A program made the translations under genes and the position numbers. The notes beneath the pieces are model-generated. The model worked only from the letters and a program-made list of their open reading frames with translations. It did no database searches and was not told the origin of the DNA. Of a stretch of DNA of 64,000 bases, positions 11,306 through 23,078 are shown piece by piece (positions within the stretch are counted from its first letter, which is position 1; every line of letters starts with the position of its first letter). Source of the DNA: Flectonema sp. DT1601 (lineage: Eukaryota); the NCBI GenBank assembly GCA_964019425.1, contig OZ025791.1, forward strand, positions 248,001 to 312,000, written 5' to 3'.

Positions 11306-12893
11306 ATATTTACTGCTAAGAAAGGAATAGCTGAAATAGATGTGCAGAAACAACAGATGAAAATATTTGACTAGTCTAGAGTTCCCTACCATCCTTATCC
11401 CCTCACCGTATCAATCACTTCTGGAGAGCCTCAACAATTAATGAAGAGAAGGCACACAGTAATCGACTAAAACAAAAGGGGTTGGGAGGGGGAATCCGCA
11501 TCAGGAATAGAAGAAAAAAGAAGAAAAAAAGAAAAACAGACCCTCGCTATTAAAAAAAGACAAATGTTCTACAAAGTATTTGAGTAAGAGTAAGGAGCTG
11601 AACGTTAAGTTTGACTGTGTCGGTCTTTAATGTTTTTGTATGGTCCCAAGGTCATCCTCGATTGCGAATAATGACACACTATATTCCATCAAGAACCCTT
11701 CTCAATCCTTCACTATAAAAGTCTGTAAAGAGTGAAAGAGAGAAAAGGGGGTGGTACTCTTCTTCTTTTTTTTTTTTTTTTTTTTTGTATTATTTTTTAT
11801 TCTATTTTTATTTCATCCATTTCTGGACCACGGTGGTGGTGGATGGTCATATCAATACGTTCACACAAAAAATCTGATCAAGACACAGACAAGAACTCAG
11901 GACATAAATAATTGAGATCAATTTTTTTACCTTTTTTTTTTTTTTAATAAACTTTTTTATTGTAATTTTTTTGGGCTCAAAAAAAAAAAAAAAAAAAAAA
12001 ACTAATAATTATCATTAGTAATAATAATAATAATAATAATAAGATTTTTCAAGCCTTCGGTGAAAAAAAAAAACAACAACAAGTGGTCGACACTCTACTC
12101 TATTGAAATAACAACGGAAAGTACTGCGAGGCATTATGGCTGCTAACCAAATCGGTTTTCAGAACAGAGTGGGTGGGAGAACGGTTTCACCAACACAGGA
12201 ACATGTGCCAACGAGGTCTCTGTTTCTGCCAAAAATTTGAAAACAGCCACTAATGTATGCCCCAAACAAAGTATTAAATATTTCAACTTCTCAGAAGTTG
12301 AACTCCTCACCAATCTGAGTCAGGCTGAGGTATGAAGACAGATTATGGCAGTGCCTTGTTTTCTTTCTTTTTTTATTATGTTAAAATTGTTCTTATTTTC
12401 TTTTTTTATTTTTATTTTTATTTTTATTTTTTTTTTTTCGTATCCTCAAACCAGAAAACGGAACCAAAAATCATAACAAGGGCAATTTATTAGTATTAAA
12501 AATAAAGTAAAATAGAAAAGGATGTTAATTTTCTCATTCAAACAATCAAACAGCACGGAGACCGTAAGTAGGTTTCTTGTTGTAATGTCCGACTCATAAC
12601 ATAGGGTTGTGATTCGTTCCTAAAAACAACGATCTCGCTAATCGAAAAGGGTGCGAATGGAAGGAATCAGTTAGCTAAATCAGAATTCGTTTCTTATTTT
12701 GAATCAGATCTCTGCCTGCAATCAACTCACGGGTTAGGTAATTATTTATTAAAACAAATAGCGAAATCGAACTCATCAAAGAACACGGAAAACGGTGCCG
12801 TACCACCCGCAGCGGTACCTGTAGTCTGTCGATATTCGTTTTTTTTCTTTTTCCTTTTTTTTTTTTCTTTTTTCTTGTTAACTATTTCTCACA

Positions 12894-14063
12894 TTACTTC
12901 CCCTTTACAACTGCTGGCAATGATTTTATTTCTCTGATTAAAACGTTCTTTTCTTCTTGAAGAGCCGGGTCAATAGATCCTTCAGCAGATTCTCCAAAGC
13001 TTCCGAAATATTCCAGTAACTTTTCCTTATTCATTGACAGTATTAATTTTACTTCGTCAGTCTTTTTCGGGTTTGCTACAAATAATTTAAATACATGGAA
13101 AGCTTCGTATTTTATATGAACAGAAGAGTCTTTTAATAAAGTCATCACTGACTTTAATTGTTGAGTGGATTGCGTGAATCGCTGCATGACTTCGAAATTA
13201 TCGCGAGAGAGTAATAGTTCTCCAAGAACCTTAAGTGATTGTCTTCGGGTTACGTAATTCTGTTGAGGTTGCAATAGCCTGTTCATTTGACAAAAGAAAC
13301 CAGAATAATGCTGATCAAGGTAATCAGCTGTTAGCTTAGGATGTTTTATCAACGCCTCACGAAAAGTCCAAAACGCATCCGACGCAACTTCAAAATCAAC
13401 AACATTCACATATCGAAAGAACCGACGTAGAAGTGAACTCTCAAACATTGCTGGACTTCTATCACCGTCTGTTGGATGATTTAGTAATCTCCTTGCGATG
13501 ACTTCATGTTTTAAAGCTTGTCTTAATATATTACCCGAGTTTAATGCTACTGCTCCATAGTTACACCACTCATAGGCTTCACATAATTGTTGTAGGATTC
13601 CTGTTGAAAGCTGATCAACAGCTTCTTCAGTGTTTGCCAAAAGATCAACTAGAATCGCTTCAGTATCTTTACGACATTCAAACTCTTGAGCTCTTAAAGT
13701 TTTGACTAAGAGACTAATTAAATTACATTGACCTCCTTTAGGACAGCATATCATTTTTGGGATTACGAATTCCATCTGAGGAGTTGGTGATGATTGAAGT
13801 AGTTGAACACGAAGTTCCTTTTGAGCTTCTTCAGTTCCCTCACCGACTAGAACTTTTCTAACTGTTGAAAGGTCTTTGGCAGCATATTGCGCAGCGGTTT
13901 CATAATCCTGTCCTTCACCAACTACTAAAATAACACCAAGATTTCCTCTCACTCTGTCTAACACTTCCTTGATTGCACCCGCAACAGTTTGTTCTCCTCC
14001 CGATTTTCCATTCGTTTCTGCGCTTGATTGCGCCTTTTCATTTCCATTCGAAGTAGCTGTCAT
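12894..14063 (-). CDS. MO25: MO25/CAB39-family scaffold protein
   Basis: Motifs DFEVASDAFWTFRE, NYVTRRQSLKVLGELLL, EAFHVFKLFVANP. Confidence 0.93.
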   Translation of the reverse strand: MTATSNGNEKAQSSAETNGKSGGEQTVAGAIKEVLDRVRGNLGVILVVGEGQDYETAAQYAAKDLSTVRKVLVGEGTEEAQKELRVQLLQSSPTPQMEFVIPKMICCPKGGQCNLISLLVKTLRAQEFECRKDTEAILVDLLANTEEAVDQLSTGILQQLCEAYEWCNYGAVALNSGNILRQALKHEVIARRLLNHPTDGDRSPAMFESSLLRRFFRYVNVVDFEVASDAFWTFREALIKHPKLTADYLDQHYSGFFCQMNRLLQPQQNYVTRRQSLKVLGELLLSRDNFEVMQRFTQSTQQLKSVMTLLKDSSVHIKYEAFHVFKLFVANPKKTDEVKLILSMNKEKLLEYFGSFGESAEGSIDPALQEEKNVLIREIKSLPAVVKGK

Positions 14064-14411
14064 TTCTTTTTTTTTTTTTTCTAATTGCTTGTGTCACCAC
14101 ACAACGCTATATTCTGAGAGGGGAAAAAAAAAAAAAGTGAAAGAAATTTAACAACTAAATAATGAACATAAACTCTAGGTGTGTTCCATAACATAAGAGA
14201 GCAGGCAGGTATAAGAGAGTCAAGAAATGACGAAATCAAAGCAACTCTTTCTGTAAAGAATGAGTAAGCGTGTCAGCTAATTAAATAGCCAACATTAATA
14301 TTAGTGTAAATATCTGATAAACTAATCGACTGACTTGATTACCACTAGTGAGTATTGGTGATGTTCAAGTCATTAAAAAGACGTCGAGATGATTATACAG
14401 AATTGTTGTAA

Positions 14412-17090
14412 TTAAGTTAAGAAAGCTCTCCACGGCTCAGAAACCTTTTTTTCTTCGGTGGCAACTTCTTCAACTTTCTTCTTCTTTCGGGCAACCTTCC
14501 CAACACTCCGCAATGCAATGAGAGGATCAGAAGGAATTTCATTCAGGTGATGATTATCAACTTTTCTCATCCACAATTGAGTTCCATGTCGTATCCATTC
14601 CTTGCGACAAGTGTTTGAATCGGATTTCTTACTACAGTTCGCTGGAACTGATTCAACAGGAAGCTTTCCTTTATTTAGATTATCTAAATGTGAATAATGT
14701 TTTGGAGAGAAGCCTTCTTCAGTTAAATTAACTTTACTAGATTGCGACACTGGATACATTACTGGTGATTTCAGACTGGTCACAAAGCTGTGACTTCTTT
14801 TAACATCACTAACAGGAAATGCATATGGGAAGAGAAGACGTTTTATATGTCGTAAAAGTCGTTTTTTTAAATTATGTCGGGTGAGGAATTCATCAAATAA
14901 AAACAGTGGGAGCTCAAGACATTCAACAACACCACTAGCAACTACTTTACAAGACCATTTGTGAGGTACAATACATGAGAATCCAATGCATTCGCCTTGT
15001 CTCCAAAATTCACGTTCTCCTACTTTACAAGTTCCTTTATAAAGTATGATTAGCCTATCAGCAAATTGGGTTGTGCTGCATATTACTGATAGCGGTTTGT
15101 AAACGTGAGCTTGAAATGACCAAACTAATTCACGCTGTTGATCTTTTGAACACATTGAAAGGATGAAAGGAATATTATAAATACATCCTCTGAAAAGATT
15201 CTGTTGATGAGCTAATTGTTGTTGTCTCTGATTACGAGCTTCTGACATCACCAAAGATTCGACGGATCGATAACGACGGAGGCTTTTATCGAAAGCGTCC
15301 TTTGGGAGGACCCAAAAGTCGCAGGTGCTTAACGTGACTACTGAGTCTCCATATGGTCCAGTGTGGATAACAGCTGAGTCACCAATAACACAAGGTGATC
15401 TTAATGTTTGTACTATCGTATCTGATGACCTTCTACCATAAGCATTCCGAATTGATCGAACAACTCCACATTTTCCATTCCTCAGAAAGAACAGTTTCAA
15501 CGCTGGGTCATCAGCGTTACAAATTCTAAAGTCTTTTGGAACACAATAAGGAGTTGATGAGATTATCAGTTCTTCAAGCATATCCGATGGACAAGGTTCG
15601 AATATTGGACATTGTCTTATTACTGCTTCCGTAAGTGGATATGATAAATGCATATTACTATTCCGAGTAGCAAATGCGACTTCAATAACTGACTTGAATA
15701 CACCGGGAGAGAGTTGTTTAACGAAGTAGGCGAAGTCTTCTTTTTTTAAGACCAAACAGTCAACTCTACAAAGAGCTCTAATTGATGCCATGCGAGGCTC
15801 TTCTGTTAGAAATGAGAACTCTCCAACACAAATGATTGGGTTTAATGTGACGAGGACGTGGGCATTTGCACCCCCGATGGCCTTACAGCAGCGATCTTTC
15901 TTTTTAAGAACAACAACTTTACCAGTCATGACGAAGTAGATTCCAGAACCAGATCTCTCATCTTCATGTATTATAAAATCATTTTTATCATAAGAAGCGA
16001 GCATTAATCGGTCAATAACTTCCTTCAGAAGTGATACAGGCCATTGTTGAAACATTGATTGCCTTTGTAATATCTCGACTGTCATCTTTGGAGGATTGTC
16101 AACTACGGCAAGCTTACGTTGGGAATCCATACGGTGCTTCCAAATTAGTAGTTTCGGATATAAATATTTTCTCAGAGCTTCCATTGCCATCACATTAAAA
16201 GTTTGTTTTAAATCTTGCGGCAGATCACATAAATCAGAAGCTGTAGGGAGTACCATTGTAGGAGCCTTTGTTTCCTTTGTCTCTTTGATAGAAGCCTTAA
16301 ACCAAAATGGAGCACTCTTTTTGAGAGAAGCTTTTTTATTCTTCTTCCCACCTCCAACTGCTGCGGCAAACATGCCAGCCTGTGCGATGGCCCGAAGCAA
16401 AACCGTTCGTCTTTTCTTTTTCTCCATTGCGAGATGTTCTTGTGCTTTGATGACTTGCTGTGCTGCTTTCTCCTCCTCAGTCGGCTCGGGCTCTTCTTCT
16501 TGAACTTTCATCGACTGGGTTTTGACTCTCGAAAGGAAGCGCATTTTAATAAATAGGTCAGCCTGCTCCTCCGACGTCTGAAATTTTGTTCTGACTGATG
16601 TCAGATGGGAAGAACGCCTGCCATTTAAATTAGCACTTGACTTCCGCCTGAATACGGCATTGGATTTATCCTTTAGCTCGGGGAGTAATACTGGTGACCC
16701 CGGTGGACAAGCTTGTGAAGCTTTTCGTTGATTAATATTTGAATCATATTTCGAACTCTTTCGTCTTCTACAACCAGAAGAAGGAGTCATATTCATGGGT
16801 AATAAAGATGATTTCTGTGATTCTAACTCAACCTCAGGCGTGACAATACTAGAACTAACGCGGGATCGTTGTTTTGGATCCTTTTCAACTGATGGCAGTC
16901 GCCCAGATAGCCTCACTGCTGGTGAGCATTCGCTACTGGGACTTCCCGACCCGTCTGCCCACTTATCCGGTAATTCTGTCGGGATAAGAAGACTCATGGC
17001 GAATCCTAGTCTAGAACTCAACGAACTACATGCGACGTCATCTGATTCTGTGACTACAGTCCCTAAGGGAGCATCACTTTCATCAGTCAT
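14412..17090 (-). CDS. Multi cyclic-nucleotide-binding (cNMP) domain protein
   Basis: GIYFVMTGKV...VGEFSFLTEEPRMASIRA, followed by more degenerate copies (LFFLRNGKC...IGDSAV; IILYKGTC...IGFS); disordered S/R-rich N-terminus. Confidence 0.85.
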   Translation of the reverse strand: MTDESDAPLGTVVTESDDVACSSLSSRLGFAMSLLIPTELPDKWADGSGSPSSECSPAVRLSGRLPSVEKDPKQRSRVSSSIVTPEVELESQKSSLLPMNMTPSSGCRRRKSSKYDSNINQRKASQACPPGSPVLLPELKDKSNAVFRRKSSANLNGRRSSHLTSVRTKFQTSEEQADLFIKMRFLSRVKTQSMKVQEEEPEPTEEEKAAQQVIKAQEHLAMEKKKRRTVLLRAIAQAGMFAAAVGGGKKNKKASLKKSAPFWFKASIKETKETKAPTMVLPTASDLCDLPQDLKQTFNVMAMEALRKYLYPKLLIWKHRMDSQRKLAVVDNPPKMTVEILQRQSMFQQWPVSLLKEVIDRLMLASYDKNDFIIHEDERSGSGIYFVMTGKVVVLKKKDRCCKAIGGANAHVLVTLNPIICVGEFSFLTEEPRMASIRALCRVDCLVLKKEDFAYFVKQLSPGVFKSVIEVAFATRNSNMHLSYPLTEAVIRQCPIFEPCPSDMLEELIISSTPYCVPKDFRICNADDPALKLFFLRNGKCGVVRSIRNAYGRRSSDTIVQTLRSPCVIGDSAVIHTGPYGDSVVTLSTCDFWVLPKDAFDKSLRRYRSVESLVMSEARNQRQQQLAHQQNLFRGCIYNIPFILSMCSKDQQRELVWSFQAHVYKPLSVICSTTQFADRLIILYKGTCKVGEREFWRQGECIGFSCIVPHKWSCKVVASGVVECLELPLFLFDEFLTRHNLKKRLLRHIKRLLFPYAFPVSDVKRSHSFVTSLKSPVMYPVSQSSKVNLTEEGFSPKHYSHLDNLNKGKLPVESVPANCSKKSDSNTCRKEWIRHGTQLWMRKVDNHHLNEIPSDPLIALRSVGKVARKKKKVEEVATEEKKVSEPWRAFLT

Positions 17091-17355
17091 GTTCTAATGT
17101 AGTCTGATTTTATTATTTTATAACAGACGTACTCATCCTGATTAAGTAAGGATTGGTATTATTATTTCACATTACAACACTCTACTCGTATTTCTAAACT
17201 AATCCGACTGAGGAATTGCGAGAAGAAAAATGAAAACAAAAAAGTACAATTTCAGGAAATCTAAAAACAGTATTTACAAACCCTTCTAAATAAAAGTGTG
17301 ACACTACTTACTCTAATTTGTTTGTATCTAAGTCACTAACATAAGCCAACACACC

Positions 17356-18333
17356 CTACGGTGCTTCAACACATGCGAATCTGACACGAGGCTTCCTTAT
17401 GGAAGGAAGCACCTGTTTACGTGTAGTTATTCCATTTGAAGAAATCTTTTTTACTTCACCAATGTTGGGTACTCTAAGTAACTTTGGATTTCTTGGTTGA
17501 TTTTTCAAAGGTAGTAAACAATTGAGAGTCGGATCGGCAGTTGCTGACTCGGCGACAGTTTTTAAGATCGACAGAGGTGCGAACTGAACTGAGATGCTAC
17601 CCTTTTGAGACTTCAGCTGATCAACAGCAGGTAATTTATGGAAATCAAATGCTGATGTCCTCACCGCCTTACAGAGCGGCTGTAGTGCTCTACAAGGTGG
17701 ATAAAGAAAGGTTTCAACATCACGACGCTTTTTAAATATTGAAAACACTTCTCGATCACGTTTCAGAGATGCAGGTAGTCCCCAGTAGATATCTCCCGAG
17801 AGGCGAACAGCTTCCAGAGCGAATGATTTGTCAGAAAGCAATTTTTGAAATTTACTCAAAAATAAATGCACCTGATGCCTGTTGCGGAGCTTCTTAACAA
17901 TGCAGAGGGCACATTGACGGCAATTTTGCGCTTCCGAAGGAAGCCTGAAAATGACGTCGCTCAACATCGTTCGAGGCGTTTGTTTGAACAGATCTTCGAG
18001 ACATGAGACTGATTGCTCTGTTTTATTTAAAGTAATGTACTGAGATAGTTGTTGAAGGATGTTTATTATCGTGTCGTGTGTTAAAGTCTTATCGGGTTTC
18101 TTATTAAACTCATCAAATGGTCTTCTGTTGACAAGCAATACGTCACCATCAACAGTTCCTATTTCCTTTAAAGAAGTGCCGGCTTCTATTACCTTCTCTT
18201 TAAGTATTACATCAAATCGTGCACCGATTTGTGGTATTTCTTTTTTTATAGAACGCTTTAGTTCTCGCAGCGTATCTCGTCCTCTGATCTTTACTTCGTG
18301 ATGTTGGCCGTCGCTGACGATCGTCAGCAGCAT
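17356..18333 (-). CDS. Protein with an N-terminal ubiquitin-like domain and a DUF4116-like repeat
   Basis: DTLRELKRSI...SLKEIGTVDGDVLLV (Ubl-like); DKSFALEAV...LPASLKRDREV. Confidence 0.65.
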   Translation of the reverse strand: MLLTIVSDGQHHEVKIRGRDTLRELKRSIKKEIPQIGARFDVILKEKVIEAGTSLKEIGTVDGDVLLVNRRPFDEFNKKPDKTLTHDTIINILQQLSQYITLNKTEQSVSCLEDLFKQTPRTMLSDVIFRLPSEAQNCRQCALCIVKKLRNRHQVHLFLSKFQKLLSDKSFALEAVRLSGDIYWGLPASLKRDREVFSIFKKRRDVETFLYPPCRALQPLCKAVRTSAFDFHKLPAVDQLKSQKGSISVQFAPLSILKTVAESATADPTLNCLLPLKNQPRNPKLLRVPNIGEVKKISSNGITTRKQVLPSIRKPRVRFACVEAP

Positions 18334-18466
18334 TTTGTTATGCCGAAGTCATCCTGACTGGAAAAATAATTTTTATCTGTTAGGCGATATTGGAATAACA
18401 ATTACAACATAAAGAAAGTATCAGCTGCCACATGTAAATGTGAAGCGATGTAAAAACTCACTAAAA

Positions 18467-19291
18467 TCAGAAACTGTGTTGTATAACCTTCCAGGTATTT
18501 GTCGCAGCTGGCCTAAGTGAATTACAAGCATTGTTGTTGTGTTGCTGAGCAGTGGGGTATTTTATAAAGGGACGGTGCTGCTGTAAGTACGTCTTTTGAG
18601 GTTTAAGTTTTCCTGCAGGGGCAGGTGCAGGGAGGACACTACGAGCAGACTTCTCTAAGACAGCAATGGGGGGAAGAATGAGGGAGACGCCTCGTGGATG
18701 TACTTGTTGCGGAGTTCGAACCTTTTCGGCTCGCGAGTGAACAATCTGATCTGTTTCTGTAGCCTGCTGAAGTAGTTTTCGTTTTAACTCCGTAACTTCT
18801 AACTCCTTGACAGTCAGCCTATCATGAAAGATAATTCGTGCTCTCGACATCTCCGTTACACGCTCATGTAAACTGGCCAGAGTTTCAATGCAACTGTTCG
18901 GGTGAACTTCTTTTCCTCCAGCAGCGATGTTTAACTCTTCAACAGCTGCTGATATATTTTCCATCTCTCGTTTGTGGCTCAGCAGCTTCTCATCCGCAGC
19001 TTCTAACATCTGCTGATACTCAACAGCAGGTGTGATCATTTTATGATTTTTATGATGACTTTCTTCTACTTTTTCTTCTTCCTCTTCTTTTTTTGGAAGT
19101 CTACCAACTGCTCTCATGTAAGTTGTGTTTGCTAACTCATCTTGGAGTCGTTTCATAGCTTCCATTGGATGTAATACGATACTCATTACCTGGTCTCTGA
19201 GTTCATTTAAACCATTTCGTATGTTAGCTATGTCCAGATATATCTCTTTGTGCATATCTTCCATTAGAGTTGTAGAATGGGACGCTCTCAT
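18467..19291 (-). CDS. Hypothetical coiled-coil protein
   Basis: 274-aa ORF with heptad-rich segments; CAG acceptor 15 nt upstream of the ATG. Confidence 0.7.
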   Translation of the reverse strand: MRASHSTTLMEDMHKEIYLDIANIRNGLNELRDQVMSIVLHPMEAMKRLQDELANTTYMRAVGRLPKKEEEEEKVEESHHKNHKMITPAVEYQQMLEAADEKLLSHKREMENISAAVEELNIAAGGKEVHPNSCIETLASLHERVTEMSRARIIFHDRLTVKELEVTELKRKLLQQATETDQIVHSRAEKVRTPQQVHPRGVSLILPPIAVLEKSARSVLPAPAPAGKLKPQKTYLQQHRPFIKYPTAQQHNNNACNSLRPAATNTWKVIQHSF

Positions 19292-21985
19292 CTTTCTTTT
19301 CGATACCTGTGCGAAAGTAGTTTATACCTCTCATTCACCGTATGATATTGTTGAAGAAGTAATAGTATGCTGTCGATGTTATAATTCGTATCATGTTAAT
19401 TACAAAGTGATATTCCTGTTGAGTGAACTATGAGTGACTCACATTAGTTTATTTTAATAGAAATAAAAGAAGAAACTTCCCAACTGAAATTCATTTGAAT
19501 GGCTGCTACCAGAGTTCTGTTCGCAGTCTTCGAATGCTCATCAGATGGACAAGAAAAAAAAGAAAAAACAAAGAAGTGGCATAAAAAACTCAAACCCAAG
19601 AAAAAGAAAAAAGCAAAACGGGGAGCGGGAAGGGGGACTTCGAGTGAAAGAATCTGGAGATGGGGAAGCAACAAAAATCTAAATTGAGGGGAAACACATT
19701 AAGGCTAAACTGAGATGGAGACGAGTATTGCAATACCTTTAAAATATCCAAGACTAACTAGCACTTTATACAAAGCACAAGTTTATTCCTCTTTCACTTT
19801 CCAATCTACTCGTGAACACTACCTGTTAAACGTGTCCGTCCGAACGACAGTTTCACGAAAGCAAACCAAGGGGAAAAGGGAGGGGAGAAGAAGAAGGATG
19901 AGAAAAAAAAAACAATTACAATGCAGTCGCAGGTGAGGATAAAAAACAATCCTTCATAGCAAATCCGTTCGAGGCCTACGCCGCATCATAAGAAAGAGGT
20001 GATTGACAAGTACATTATTATAATGTGTCTTGTAACACATAAATATAAGTACATGTGCTTTACAGTGACCACCAGTCTTGAATAGGATTGCTACACAACG
20101 AAGCAACTAAAGTTGCACATTGGGGACCAAAAATCCTCCGTTGACACTGTCCTGTTATCGTAATTCATCTTGTCGATAACATCAGTCATCGTTTAGCCTT
20201 TAGGGTATGTGTTGGAAAGAAAATATCTAAAAAGTGGGGAGTAAAAGAGGGAAAAAAGTGCTAATGGAAGAATAAATCCTGTGAAGAAATGAAAAGAAGA
20301 CTACAGCCGTGAAAGCCCAAATTGTTTCGATCAAAATAAGAAGATTATTGTGGTAGTGACATACAAGTCATCACATACATCACAAGGTCACTAGATATAA
20401 TAAACAATTAGTTGTGGTTCCTTACACATCTGTATTCCATGCAATCATTGTTTCTGTGTCAACACACAAAGAACAAATTTTTTTTTTTCATTCTTTTTTA
20501 GAGAAAATTTGTAAGAATGTAGGACAAAAGTTTCAAAAAAAACGATTTTGGAAAAAAAAGAAGGAAAAAAAAAAGGAAATAAATAAATAGCTCACGAAAA
20601 GTACGAATGAGGAGCAACAAACTTTGAATTTGATAAAAGGAGAACAAAAAAAAAAAAAAACGGGAATAGGGGTAACGATAAAGCTTAAAGACTATATCTT
20701 GTACAAACGAGGTAAGGGATGTATCTCTAACAAAATAAAAAGAAGGGGAGAAATGAAGACAATTGTCCACGTGGATAATCGATTTTTTTTTTTTTTTTTT
20801 TTTTTTAAAGTTGAACGACACTTTTTCATGAGCTGTAAAACACAGCTCCGTACAGTTGAAGACCCATTGACCTTACAACTCTGCGAAACCAGTCATCACA
20901 AAAATTTCAGCCTCTCGCTATCAGCGGCGTTGTTGAAAACAGACGCAGACCGATACACGAATTTAATTTAATTTAAAGTAACGATGTTGTCGACTGCTCT
21001 CCGCACAAAACACGCGGCTTTCTAATATCGACGCAGAGATGCTGCGCAAACGGTTTCTCTTTTCGGCGAGAAAGTTGTGAAAAGAATGTGTTTAGAGATT
21101 TAAGTAATAAAACAGAGCCACACCATACTAACAAGAGCTCCTTATAAATATAAATTAATGAATTGACACAAACCTCTCCCAACTGCAGTGAATAATTCTT
21201 TTAAATACTACAATAGAGACAGAATGGCTAATACCAGTGTTAAAATAGAAAGGTTCTTCCCGTGTCTTACTTTTTTTACTTTCTATTTTTATAAAGCTTT
21301 TTTTTTTGCTAGTTCACCATAGGAAAGGGAAGGGGAAAACGGGAGAAGAAGTAATTAGAAATACTCAAAGAAGGTTCCTCCCATAAGAGGGTAGTTCTTT
21401 GTCCAGGGAGTTTTTAGGGTTCGTTCGACGTTTCAGTTCTCCAGTTTTTTGTTTCTTTTGGGAGCCCAGATTACTAAAGTTAAAGGGAAAAAAAAAACCA
21501 AAGCCGTGACTTGAACTAGTCGTTAGCTGGGTTTTAAACAAGAAAAAAAAAAAACGTTGTACACTCCGAAAGCTACTTACTACTCAGCACCACACCAGAA
21601 GTAGAAGAGATAAACTACTTTCGATGTACGCATCTGGCTCTAAATACAAATCTATTTTCTGACAACGTGCAAATATCAGCCAGCAAGTTGCATCACCCTC
21701 CCTGCTGTTCCGCGTACACGTTAAACTCCACAGATGGAACTAACGTTAGTAAGCATTAACTTATTTCGGGCTGAAGCACACAATCTGTTGCCATAATTTC
21801 AAGCAAGGAGAACGAAAAGAAAACTCCAGAATCTTCGTTGTGAAAAAAGGGGTAAAAGGACGGGTGTGGGGGGTTCATACAATGTGTTGTCATGGTACGG
21901 TGCATGTTTTTTACTTTTTTGTTTTTGTTTTTGTTAGAAGACGTTGTTCTTGATTGTACCACAACCCAGTTAGCTGATCAACAAA

Positions 21986-23078
21986 CTAATAAGTTACTCC
22001 TGGTGCATAAGGAGGCTGTGGTACTCCTCCTCTCATGAACATTGGGCTGTACCCTCCTCCAGAAGCCTATTATTATTAATTAAGGTATTGCAGGAAAACA
22101 CAATAAGATAACAAAAGATGAAACAATACATACCTGTTGCATTACCATGTGCCTTCTGAGATCTGCCTGACCAGCCATCAGTTGCTGCTGCTGCATCTGC
22201 AGACGCTGCAACTGGAGTAGCGCGGCCTGACGTGACATCTGCTGAGGAGACAACTGTTGAGGTGATGGGGGGAAACTTCCCATCTGCTGTCCCATACGTC
22301 CTTGACTCATAAGCTGCTGGATCATCTCCAAATCCTGAGCAGGTGGAGGAGTCATAGCATTCGTTGGAGAGTACCCAAGAGATGACGAAGGAGATTGCGA
22401 CTGACTGTGTCTAGTTTGGGCAGGAGTTCCAAACAAGGCACCCCTTGCTGCCGGTGATGGTGAAGGAGTTACAGTTCCAACAGTTGTTTGTCCAGGAGTA
22501 ACAGGTTCTCTAATAGGTGTTGTTAAACCTGAAGGAACAGTCTTCAACAACAAAGGTGGCTCTGGGATTCCTATAATGTCACCATCGTCTTCATCATCGA
22601 TATCATCACCCAGAGGTTCCAATGGTGGAGGAGGTCCCTTTGCTGGGCTACTCGCAGCTGATCCGTAGCCAGGGCAAGTCAGCACTGTCTGCGCCTGTTC
22701 TACTTCGAATCTCATTGGGCCATCCAACATCTCAAGTAGTTCATCAAAGACATCATCATCTTTGATAATGTCCTCAAGAGGAGTTCCAACATCAACTTCT
22801 GGTTCCGTTACTACTTCTCCCTTAACAAGTTTTGGTTGACCATCTCCTCTTCCGATTGGTTGCCAAATCATCTTCGGTTCGAGAATACGATCGTTAAAGC
22901 TGCTCTTCAACTTAACATCTCCGAACAGATCTCTTGGCGCCAACATTGAAGCTGGAGATTCCTTCAGCTGAAGCAGCTCTTCTCTGGTGTACCTGATAGC
23001 TGTCTTCGGTTCTTTAACTGTTATCTCCTTCACAACAGACTGTTCAGTTGGTGTCTTCTTAATCACGGCTTTCTTCAT
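21986..23078 (-). CDS. Putative eIF4E-binding protein (YxxxxL-phi motif) with a P/Q/M-rich tail; 2 exons (23078-22134, 22066-21986)
   Basis: IRYTREELLQLKES motif; ATG follows a tttttcAG acceptor; intron 22133-22067 adds ASGGGYSPMFMRGG... Confidence 0.7.
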
